Numbered from the stretch's first letter, positions 27,985-35,483 are shown. The stretch: 64,000 bases of DNA from a virus (IMGVR_UViG_3300042319_001830:69234-133233); one strand, 5' to 3'. Translations and numbers: made by a program. The notes: generated by a model not told the origin, from the sequence alone.

Positions 27985-28712
27985 TTTCCATAAAGTCTGT
28001 CTATTAAATTCCATCCGTATTTTTTATACATATGTAAATTTTCTCTTTTAGTTTCTTTGGTGATGCCATTCTTTTCAATGATAATTTTCTTTGTATTAGA
28101 ATTATAAAGATGTGTATCTGCGCATACGGTTGTACAGTATTTGTGAATAGAAGTTCTTGGTAAAAATAGTTTGTTACAATGAACACATTTTGTTTCTTTT
28201 GATTCAAATTTTGGTAAAAAATGTTTCTCCCAGTTAATCACTCTGCCAGAAATCCATCCAATAGGAACATTGTCCGTATAAAATTTATTGCTTAATTTTA
28301 ATTCTACATTGTGATACCATTTTTTTCCATAACAACTATTAGATGTACCCGATTGTGAATATGATTGAATTTTACTAAATTCAATTTTCAATTTTTGATA
28401 GATTCTATTATTTATTTTATATTCTCTACATTGATTTTCACTCTTATACCAAGACATTAAAGCAAATGATTTCCACATTTTTTTATATTCTTTTGAAGAA
28501 GGTGGAAATACGGAAGTTAATAAAAGATGACATATATAATGTTCTCTTGCCGTCAATTTAACTAAATTTGAAGAATAATTTGACCCTCCTAAACATTTTG
28601 GAATTATATGGTGGGTTTCTGTATATTGATTTAAGATTGGATTGGTTAAACGATTATTGATTATACGATAATACCAATTTTTATATTTATTGTTCTGTTC
28701 TTCTAAAGTCAT
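27963..28712 (-). mobile_element. Free-standing HNH homing endonuclease
   Basis: ETHHIIPKCLGG...NLVKLTAREHYICHLLL; sits antisense in the tRNA region with its 3' end overlapping the tRNA-like gene. Confidence 0.85.
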
Positions 28713-28828
28713 AATAAAAGTTATTTACTTATAAATATACTTTAGAAGTTGTAAACATATTGTTTTTTGAATGTATTCATATATTTTACATATATATATG
28801 TTACCTCAAAACTTCTCGAAAAAAGAAG

Positions 28829-28875
28829 TTGATCTTTGAAATTTTAGTGGTAAGATAAAAGAGTAGTAAGTAATA
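28829..28875 (+). promoter_or_regulatory. Stable-RNA promoter copy 1
   Basis: TTGATC-16nt-TAAGAT; 29-mer GTGGTAAGATAAAAGAGTAGTAAGTAATA identical in three copies. Confidence 0.7.
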
Positions 28876-28988
28876 AGTATTTTGTTCTTTCAGCACGGTG
28901 GGAGTGGCACTCCTCTAGAACATCTACGTATGGCGGAACTGCCTTGACCTTTAATCAAAGGGAGTCACCAACGAAAGAATGAAAACTT
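28876..28988 (+). ncRNA. Candidate structured ncRNA A
   Basis: GC-rich non-coding island closed by TTCTTTC/GAAAGAA and GGTG/CACC, with four internal hairpins. Confidence 0.55.
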
Positions 28989-28991
28989 AAG

Positions 28992-29049
28992 TTGACTTTA
29001 GAATAAAACGTGGTAAGATAAAAGAGTAGTAAGTAATAGTTCTTTAACA
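28992..29049 (+). promoter_or_regulatory. Stable-RNA promoter copy 2 plus boxA-like motif
   Basis: TTGACT-16nt-TAAGAT, the shared 29-mer, then GTTCTTTAACA. Confidence 0.8.
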
Positions 29050-29058
29050 AATTTTAAT

Positions 29059-29135
29059 GGCCTTGTAGCTCAGTTGGTTAGAGCAGAAGCCTTTTAAGCT
29101 TTTGGTCGTGGGTTCGAGTCCCACCGGGGCCACCA
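29059..29135 (+). tRNA. tRNA-Lys(UUU)
   Basis: Canonical cloverleaf, GAAGC-CTTTTAA-GCTTT, encoded CCA. Confidence 0.95.
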
Positions 29136-29139
29136 TTTT

Positions 29140-29353
29140 AACTGGTAATAAACGAAGTAAATTATATATTGTGGTACTACTACACTTTTTAGTATCGTGA
29201 TTGATTACGAAAGCATTTTTTCCGTGTAAAATTTGACTTTCATCATTAAACAAATTAAATGATTAAACCAAACACAACTGTGTGTCGTGCTGAAAAATGT
29301 CGGTAACACAGCGATGCTTACGTAGATAAGTAACTCAATGAATATTACCAGTT
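29140..29353 (+). ncRNA. Candidate structured ncRNA B
   Basis: 11-bp terminal stem AACTGGTAATA/TATTACCAGTT spans the whole Lys-Glu spacer; several internal hairpins. Confidence 0.6.
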
Positions 29354-29357
29354 TAAC

Positions 29358-29432
29358 GGTCCATTCGTCTATCGGTTAGGACGCTGCCCTTTCAAGGCGG
29401 AGAGAGGAGTTCGATTCTCCTATGGACTACCA
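29358..29432 (+). tRNA. tRNA-Glu(UUC)
   Basis: Cloverleaf, CTGCC-CTTTCAA-GGCGG, CCA. Confidence 0.93.
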
Positions 29433-29443
29433 TTTTATGTTTG

Positions 29444-29596
29444 TCCGTTGCTTAAAAGAAACGGAATGGTGGAGGGTACATAACCAAAATACCCCTAGAG
29501 TTGGAAGTTCTCTTAAAAAACTTCTTGGTTGCGGGGTTAGCAAATGGTATACTTTGTTTGTTGGGTGGATAAAGTATTCAATAATTACACCCAACA
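29444..29596 (+). ncRNA. Candidate structured ncRNA C (hairpin chain)
   Basis: Five consecutive hairpins with possible pseudoknots, between tRNA genes. Confidence 0.45.
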
Positions 29597-29627
29597 CAAT
29601 TTTTAAAATAGTTCTTTAAATTTAAAC

Positions 29628-29702
29628 AGCTGGCGGCAGGTTATTATTTGACGATGGCTCATAACCATTGGTAACTAAGTGAAATTCTTAGGCGAGCGAC
29701 CA
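29628..29702 (+). tRNA. Atypical tRNA-like RNA, anticodon CAU
   Basis: CGATGG-CTCATAA-CCATTG; T-arm CTAAG-TGAAATT-CTTAG; two acceptor mismatches; ACCA end. Confidence 0.6.
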
Positions 29703-29709
29703 TTTCAGT

Positions 29710-29781
29710 GGCTGGGGTTTCAGCAAACGACGAATCCTCATAAGGTTTGTTAAGTGGGGGCAGCACCCATACCAGCTACCA
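29710..29781 (+). tRNA. Atypical tRNA-like RNA, anticodon CAU
   Basis: GGCTGG/CCAGCT acceptor; mini D-arm GTTT-CAGC-AAAC; T-arm GTGGG-GGCAGCA-CCCAT; ACCA end. Confidence 0.6.
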
Positions 29782-29805
29782 TTTTAGTTCTTTAACAAAA
29801 CAATT

Positions 29806-29883
29806 TGCGGGTGAGTGAAACGGAAAATCATTCCTGGCTCATAACCAGTGAGATAGTGGGTTCGACTCCCACACCCGCTACCA
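29806..29883 (+). tRNA. Initiator-like tRNA-Met(CAU)
   Basis: TGCGGGT/ACCCGCT with 1:72 mismatch; CTGG-CTCATAA-CCAG; canonical T-arm; CCA. Confidence 0.85.
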
Positions 29884-29889
29884 TTTAGT

Positions 29890-29983
29890 GGTTCCGTAGT
29901 TTAACGGTAGAACGCAACGCTTATAACGTTGATAAGCTCTAGATTTGAGCACGGTCTCGGTTCGAATCCGGGCGGAACCACCA
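29890..29983 (+). tRNA. tRNA-Ile(UAU) with long variable arm
   Basis: GGTTCCG/CGGAACC; CAACG-CTTATAA-CGTTG; variable hairpin GCTC-TAGATTT-GAGC; CCA. Confidence 0.85.
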
Positions 29984-30058
29984 TTTTTAATAGTTCATTG
30001 AAAATAAAATTAAATTGGTAGACGCTTCTAATGGTAGACGCTACTATTTATTAGTAGT

Positions 30059-30736
30059 ATGAAACCATATGTCTACAAGATAACATCAAAAAATAAAGAA
30101 TATTATTTCGGGGTAAGATGGGGATATATATCAACTCCACAACAAGACTTGTGGAAAGATTATTTTACTTCATCTACATTAGTTCACGAATTAATCCAGA
30201 AAAATGGAAAAGAATATTTTGATGCTGAAATTTTATTTCTTTTTGATTCAAAAGAAGATGCTCTTAATAAAGAAATAGATTTGATAAAATCATCAATGAA
30301 AGATGAAAAATGTCTAAACAGAGCGTGTGGTAAATGTACAATATGGGATGACAATCTTAAAAAAAGAATGACGGAAAATATTAAGAAATTTTACAAAGAA
30401 AATAAAGATATATTAAAAAAATTAAGTGATGCTAAAAAAGGAGATAAAAATCCTAATTTTGGATGTCCGCCGTGGAGAAATGGTTTAGGTCACAAAAAAT
30501 CTTGGGTAAAAGCAATTGATATTTATAATGATTATGTTGTAGAAAACTGGCCTATTTTTGGTAAAAACAAAAAGTCTTACGGAAGAGTCTTCCTAACTAA
30601 GAGATATGGCATAGTTACAGGAACAGCAAGAAAATTGTTGATTTTATTGCAAAATGGTTGGAGTCCATATCAAGATAAAGATTTTCAAGAATTTTTGAAA
30701 AGTCAGTTGACTTCAGAAGAAAATGTGGTAAGATAA
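30059..30736 (+). mobile_element. GIY-YIG (seg-like) homing endonuclease
   Basis: YVYKIT....YYFGVR...YFTSS...E...LN; NUMOD3-like KKLSDAKKGDKNPNFG; inserted in the tRNA array. Confidence 0.82.
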
Positions 30737-30764
30737 AAGAGTAGTAAGTAATAGTTCTTTGTAA
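30707..30764 (+). promoter_or_regulatory. Stable-RNA promoter copy 3 plus boxA-like motif
   Basis: TTGACT-16nt-TAAGAT, the shared 29-mer, then GTTCTTTGTAA; overlaps the endonuclease stop. Confidence 0.78.
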
Positions 30765-30776
30765 CTAATTTTTAGT

Positions 30777-30864
30777 GGGCAAGTGGCGAAATTGGCGAAA
30801 CGCAAGGGACTTAAAATCCCTTACTTAAGAAACGTTGTGGGTTCGAATCCCACCTTGCCTACCA
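30777..30864 (+). tRNA. tRNA-Leu(UAA)
   Basis: AGGGA-CTTAAAA-TCCCT, long variable region, CCA. Confidence 0.92.
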
Positions 30865-30879
30865 TTTTTTGAATTTAAT

Positions 30880-30952
30880 GCGGGTCAGGTGTAAAGAGAG
30901 CACGTTAGTCTACCAGACTAAAAGGCGAAATGCAAAGTTCGGACCCGCTCCA
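30880..30952 (+). tRNA. Atypical tRNA-Gly(ACC)
   Basis: GCGGGTC/GACCCGC, U73, CCA; TTAGT-CTACCAG-ACTAA; degenerate T-arm. Confidence 0.7.
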
Positions 30953-30960
30953 ATTTTAAT

Positions 30961-31036
30961 GCGATATTAGTGTCTATGAGGAGCACGGTGGGCCTTCCAG
31001 TCCACAAGGCCGGTGCAAGTCCGAGATATCGCTCCA
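30961..31036 (+). tRNA. Atypical tRNA-Gly(UCC)
   Basis: GCGATAT/ATATCGC, U73, CCA; anticodon loop is 6 or 8 nt rather than 7; T-loop TGCAAGT. Confidence 0.65.
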
Positions 31037-31045
31037 GTTTTACTT

Positions 31046-31121
31046 GGGTCAATAGCTCAATGGTTAGAGCGTAGAACTCATAATTCTTTGGTTACCGGTT
31101 CAAGTCCGGTTTGACCCACCA
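31046..31121 (+). tRNA. tRNA with CAU anticodon (Ile2/lysidine-type or elongator Met)
   Basis: Canonical cloverleaf GGGTCAA/TTGACCC; loop CTCATAA; CCA. Confidence 0.9.
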
Positions 31122-31133
31122 TTTAAAGTTAAT

Positions 31134-31164
31134 AAAAGCCCCATCATTAATTTGGTGGGGTTTT
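31134..31164 (+). terminator. Terminator of the tRNA operon
   Basis: AAAAGCCCCATCA-TTAATT-TGGTGGGGTTTT. Confidence 0.75.
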
Positions 31165-31190
31165 GTGGTTATTATATTTTGATATTTTGC

Positions 31191-31219
31191 TTGACTGTTG
31201 AGTATAGATGGTATATATT
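31191..31219 (+). promoter_or_regulatory. sigma70-type promoter
   Basis: TTGACT-17nt-TATATT, 10 nt before ATG 31230. Confidence 0.55.
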
Positions 31220-31229
31220 AATAGGTGAT

Positions 31230-31472
31230 ATGGCACATTTTGTAAAACTCTCGGTATTGGATCCTGGTCACGATGATCTTGAAAACACAACAAATAGAAA
31301 ATATAATCCACAGTTAATTAACTTGGATATGGTTATCAACGTTGAGCAATCGAAGGTTCATAGTTTGATTTTTACTAAAAATAACACACAGCATCCTATA
31401 CGAGTGAGAGAGTCTCTTGATGAGATTTTATCTGTATCGATGGGATGTGTTAAAAACGTTTTAAACGGTTAA
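31230..31472 (+). CDS. Hypothetical protein (FlbD-like pattern)
   Basis: MAHFVKL...LINLDMVINVE...IRVRESLDEI; start moved downstream of the terminator and promoter. Confidence 0.55.
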   Translation: MAHFVKLSVLDPGHDDLENTTNRKYNPQLINLDMVINVEQSKVHSLIFTKNNTQHPIRVRESLDEILSVSMGCVKNVLNG

Positions 31473-31475
31473 TAT

Positions 31476-32180
31476 ATGATTAATATAAAAAGCATCAATG
31501 TTTCTTCTTATAAAGAGGAATTTATTAAAAACAGGCGGATTGTAATAGATAATTTTTTAACTGAGGAGTGGGCGGACAAGTTGTATAAGTATTATACGAC
31601 TGAGATGGGCAAAGAATATTGGTCTGCTACATATATGCCTTCGCTTAGGTATGAGGGTGATTGGGAGTGGTGGCAGAATATTTCTGGTAACAGATATGTT
31701 ATGGAGCAGGCGTATCAGCATGCTTGTAATGCTAGAGACAACAATTTGTTTAGTTATTTTTTCTATAAAACGATGCCTAGTATTATGGAGAAGGCTAAGT
31801 CTACTGTTTATGAAGAAACGATGGCATTTTTTAACGGTAAAGAAATGGTTGATTTTATGAATAGTGTAACTGATTTGGATATTACGATAGGAGACAAAAC
31901 GTTTGTTAGTCGTTATGCTGAAAACTGTTTTTTGAGTAATCATACAGATGATGTAAATGGTAAATTGGCGTTTGTGTGTCATTTGACCAAAGATTGGAAT
32001 CCTGATTTTGGTGGATTGTATTTGGATTTGAGAGACAAAAGCAATATTAAGGCGATTAACCCATCTTTTAATAAATTAGTAATATTTGAAGTGACGGCTG
32101 GAGTTGCGCCTCATAGTGTGACACAGATTGTTAATAATTCAAACAAAGAAAGAATCAGTGTATCTGGTTGGTATAATTAA
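31476..32180 (+). CDS. 2OG-Fe(II) oxygenase (prolyl-hydroxylase-like)
   Basis: IDNFL, HTD, GGLY, P.FN.LV.F, HSV and R.SVSGW motifs. Confidence 0.85.
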   Translation: MINIKSINVSSYKEEFIKNRRIVIDNFLTEEWADKLYKYYTTEMGKEYWSATYMPSLRYEGDWEWWQNISGNRYVMEQAYQHACNARDNNLFSYFFYKTMPSIMEKAKSTVYEETMAFFNGKEMVDFMNSVTDLDITIGDKTFVSRYAENCFLSNHTDDVNGKLAFVCHLTKDWNPDFGGLYLDLRDKSNIKAINPSFNKLVIFEVTAGVAPHSVTQIVNNSNKERISVSGWYN

Positions 32181-32193
32181 AAAATAAATTGTT

Positions 32194-32886
32194 ATGTATA
32201 TTCCTGTAGAGCATGAGCATATTCCACTTGTAGTAATTGATAATTTTCTTCCCAGAGATTATGTTACTAGATTATATGAAGATTTTATCAAGTTAAAGCC
32301 ACATTTTGGCATTCCACATTGGAGTGGTGGTTATAATGATGGTGCTGCTTATAATCCGGATGAACCGTTGAGTCCATTGTGTACTGGTCAAGATCTTTGG
32401 TTACCTTTTGAAACAGATCAAGTGGAAAAGAACAAAGATTTGGGTTTTTACGTATCAAATTTAAGCAAATATATTTTTCATCAGGGAATATTAGATTTTT
32501 TAACCCACGCTAAAAATGAACAATTGACTGCGTATGCTAAATATAGATACTTGTATAAGTATCATATCATTAACTATGGTGATGGTGGATATTATAATTG
32601 GCATAGGGATTTGGCGGTTAGTGGAATGACTTGGGATGGTGTAGATGTAAATAAACAAAACGCATTTACATTTGCGCTTACTTTGGTTAAAGATCCTAGT
32701 GTAATGAAAGGTGGAGAACAATACTTTATGTATAAAAATCATACATACAGATTGCCACTTACAAGCAATCAGTTAACAATCTTTCCATCCACAGTGTTTC
32801 ACGCTTGTAGTGAGATTACTGCTCCGAAGGATTTGCCTTGGGAAAACAAGAGATTTAATATGCAAGCTTGGCTATGTCATGGTTGA
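32194..32886 (+). CDS. 2OG-Fe(II) oxygenase
   Basis: IDNFL, YNWHRD, GGE, IFPS..FH and RF motifs. Confidence 0.85.
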   Translation: MYIPVEHEHIPLVVIDNFLPRDYVTRLYEDFIKLKPHFGIPHWSGGYNDGAAYNPDEPLSPLCTGQDLWLPFETDQVEKNKDLGFYVSNLSKYIFHQGILDFLTHAKNEQLTAYAKYRYLYKYHIINYGDGGYYNWHRDLAVSGMTWDGVDVNKQNAFTFALTLVKDPSVMKGGEQYFMYKNHTYRLPLTSNQLTIFPSTVFHACSEITAPKDLPWENKRFNMQAWLCHG

Positions 32887-32889
32887 TGT

Positions 32890-33189
32890 ATGGAGTTTAT
32901 TCACACTTATTTGGGTTATAACAATAACAGAGATGAGTACAACTGTGAAATTTTAAATGAAATTAAAAATCCGGTTGGTTTTTGTAAATATTATAAAAGT
33001 AATAGTTATGATGACATTGTGTGTATAGAATTTGTAAATATAGGTTATGAACATCGTCGTAGAGGGTATGCTACGATGATGGTTAAAGAATTGCAGCGTA
33101 TGTATACATTAAAATGGGATTATAGATTTAGCGAGATTGGTAGAAAATGGTATGATGGAATGTTAAAAAAAGAAGTGATAACTAATTGA
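32890..33189 (+). CDS. GNAT-like acetyltransferase
   Basis: [12 protein letters not shown] ... SEIG..W. Confidence 0.65.
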   Translation: MEFIHTYLGYNNNRDEYNCEILNEIKNPVGFCKYYKSNSYDDIVCIEFVNIGYEHRRRGYATMMVKELQRMYTLKWDYRFSEIGRKWYDGMLKKEVITN

Positions 33190-33221
33190 TTGTAATATTT
33201 ATTTATATTAACAACAATATT

Positions 33222-33758
33222 ATGACCAAAGAAGATTTAAAAAAACTCATACAAGAAGTCTACAAAGAAGTAGCTTCTGAACCAAAGGCTGAAAAAGCAA
33301 AAGCTGAAAAACCAAAGTCTGCTCCTGCGGCTGAAAAGCCAGCTGTTAAAAAAGTTGCAAAGGTTGTAAAGGATGTAGCTCCAAAAGCGGAAGATCCAAA
33401 TAAGATTACCAAGTCATTTGTCAAGACAATTGACAAACACGGTGATAAGAACAAATTTGCTGGTGACAAAGGTGATGCTGATTTGTTTGGTAAAATCAAG
33501 AAAATACTTACTCCATATGTTGGCAGAAGATTGGAAGAATCTGATCTTGATAAAGTAATGGAAGAAATGGAATGTGAAGAATGTTATGAAGAAGGAATGG
33601 ATGCTGTTGGTAAAGAAGATGATGATATCAATAATGATGGTAAAACAGATGGTACTGATAAATATTTAAAAAACCGTCGTGAAAAGATTGGTCATTCTAT
33701 TAAAGGTAAAAATACAAAGAAGTTAAAAGAAATTATAGAAAAAGCTAAAAAGATTTAA
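33222..33758 (+). CDS. Putative head-internal protein with DxNxDG motif
   Basis: [12 protein letters not shown]-terminus, K/A/P linker, [23 protein letters not shown]. Confidence 0.55.
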   Translation: MTKEDLKKLIQEVYKEVASEPKAEKAKAEKPKSAPAAEKPAVKKVAKVVKDVAPKAEDPNKITKSFVKTIDKHGDKNKFAGDKGDADLFGKIKKILTPYVGRRLEESDLDKVMEEMECEECYEEGMDAVGKEDDDINNDGKTDGTDKYLKNRREKIGHSIKGKNTKKLKEIIEKAKKI

Positions 33759-33773
33759 AGTAAAAATTGATTG

Positions 33774-33801
33774 ACCCGTTCAGAAATGAACGGGTTTTTT
33801 T
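33774..33801 (+). terminator. Intrinsic terminator
   Basis: ACCCGTTCA-GAAA-TGAACGGGT followed by a T-run. Confidence 0.88.
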
Positions 33802-33816
33802 GTGTAATAAAATATT

Positions 33817-33990
33817 ATGAAAACGCCGTGCAAAAGAATATGTGTGGTTGTGGATGCTAAACTGTGTGAAGGGTGTGGTCGTACTTGGGAACAGTTACGA
33901 GATTGGTCATTTTATAGTGATAAACAGCGTGAGGAGATAATGGAACGGTTAAAACACTTTAAAAGTAAGCATAAGAGTAGATTTGACTGA
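33817..33990 (+). CDS. DUF1289-like small Cys-rich protein (57 aa, not in ORF track)
   Basis: MKTPCKRIC...LCEGCGRT..Q...W...SD..R..I. Confidence 0.75.
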   Translation: MKTPCKRICVVVDAKLCEGCGRTWEQLRDWSFYSDKQREEIMERLKHFKSKHKSRFD

Positions 33991-34004
33991 TATTTATAAC
34001 TATT

Positions 34005-35483
34005 ATGAAGCTATTTAGAGACTTACTTTTAGAGAATCCCGATACTGTATATTATAAGCGAAAGACATATAGTTATACTTCTCCAGCGAATAGATGTGCT
34101 TTTCTTGTATATAAAGATGAAAAGAGTGGTAAAAATGTTATATTTGGATATAGTGTGGTTAAAAAAGATTTTGTTTGTGATGATAGTGATGTATTAAAAG
34201 AACTCAAAGAATTGGAAAATAGTAAAGATGTTAAATATGATTCTAATAATAGAGATCAATTAGATTATTGGGCACAACAGGGTATTAAGAATTTAAAAAA
34301 TGGAAATAATGGTGGCGGTCATTTACAATTGGAGAATATTTTAAAAGGTATGGGTAGATTTGGTGCTTATGCTGATCCACTTTTGAAGGGTAGAATATTT
34401 GAAGTTGATGATGCTAAAGATGTGGTTGATGATTCTGATTTAAAGATTGAGAGTACAATACCCAGTGGCAAAGCTATTATTGTAACATTCTGGGATGCTA
34501 GAAGAGAAAAAATAATTAAATATAAAGATCAATATGAAAAAGTAATAGAGTTCAATGGATATGACCCCAAAGAATGTTTGTATGAACCAAGCCTCAAATT
34601 TTATACTTATACTGAATTTTATACCAATGAAGAACCCAAATCAATTGAATCTAAACCTGTTCAACCACTTGCTGGTACCAAAGCTTCAGATAGTTTCAGC
34701 GTGGGTGATAAAGTAAAAGTTAAAGGAATGAATGTTGATGGAGTGGTATTATCTGTCAGCGCAGCTAATACTATTAAATTAAAAGTAAACAAGTCAGATT
34801 TAAAAACTGTACCTGTTGGTTCTGAATTTGATTTTCCATATTATGGTTTACAACTTGATACCAGTCATACTACAAAATTCAAAGTGGGTGATAAAATAAG
34901 ATTAAAAGGTTTACCTGATATGACTGGTGACGTAACGCATGTTGATGGTAATCATATTACTATTGAAATAACAAGTTCAAAATATTCATTTGGTGCGTTT
35001 AGACAAGGAAGAGCTCTTAAAATACTAGCTTCTAGTGCGGAACTTGTTCAACCACAATCAGATGATACTGTGGCTGCTTCAGCCAAGCTTGATAAAGTGA
35101 TTGATGATAAGACTCAAGAGTTTGTTGAAAAACGAGGTAAATTACATTCAACTGGTGCTACATTTACTCCAGCGGAAAAACAAAATTTAGAAAATGAAGT
35201 GGATAGTTTAGAAATTGAAATCAAGATACTAAATGATTTATTGACTTCGGGTGAAAAGTATTATACAGACAATGTAAAAGACGTTGTAGCTACATCTGTA
35301 CAACGTAAGTTGGATGCTAAACAAAAAGAAAAACAAGATAGATATAGTTTGATAGCCCAAGCTGAAAAGCAATATGGTATGCCTATTGCACAAATAAGAC
35401 AAAAGTATAGAAATGTGCCATTGGATCAATTGGTTAAGAAAGAATCATTATATAAGAAACTATTGAAAGCATTACGAGGATGA
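34005..35483 (+). CDS. Modular protein with two KOW/SH3-like repeats and a coiled coil
   Basis: FSVGDKVKVKG...GVV and FKVGDKIRLKG...GDV; N-terminal MKLFRDLLLE. Confidence 0.55.
   Translation: MKLFRDLLLENPDTVYYKRKTYSYTSPANRCAFLVYKDEKSGKNVIFGYSVVKKDFVCDDSDVLKELKELENSKDVKYDSNNRDQLDYWAQQGIKNLKNGNNGGGHLQLENILKGMGRFGAYADPLLKGRIFEVDDAKDVVDDSDLKIESTIPSGKAIIVTFWDARREKIIKYKDQYEKVIEFNGYDPKECLYEPSLKFYTYTEFYTNEEPKSIESKPVQPLAGTKASDSFSVGDKVKVKGMNVDGVVLSVSAANTIKLKVNKSDLKTVPVGSEFDFPYYGLQLDTSHTTKFKVGDKIRLKGLPDMTGDVTHVDGNHITIEITSSKYSFGAFRQGRALKILASSAELVQPQSDDTVAASAKLDKVIDDKTQEFVEKRGKLHSTGATFTPAEKQNLENEVDSLEIEIKILNDLLTSGEKYYTDNVKDVVATSVQRKLDAKQKEKQDRYSLIAQAEKQYGMPIAQIRQKYRNVPLDQLVKKESLYKKLLKALRG

Noticed and set aside
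29140-29353. Group I intron, RNase P RNA, tmRNA or 6S identity for RNA B
   Set aside because: I could not find the P7 core, the GAGGAAAGUCC motif, a tRNA-like end with tag ORF, or a long rod with central bubble. It is left unassigned pending an Rfam search.
29044-29619. ORFs 29044..29253 (-) and 29422..29619 (+)
   Set aside because: They overlap tRNA genes and structured spacers, and show no recognisable protein features.
28847-30753. CRISPR array from the 29-bp exact repeat
   Set aside because: Only three copies, spaced 163 and 1715 bp apart, each matching a promoter -10 region; no cas genes.
31152-31229. N-terminal extension of the 31152..31472 ORF
   Set aside because: It overlaps the tRNA-operon terminator and a promoter; ATG 31230 is the likelier start.
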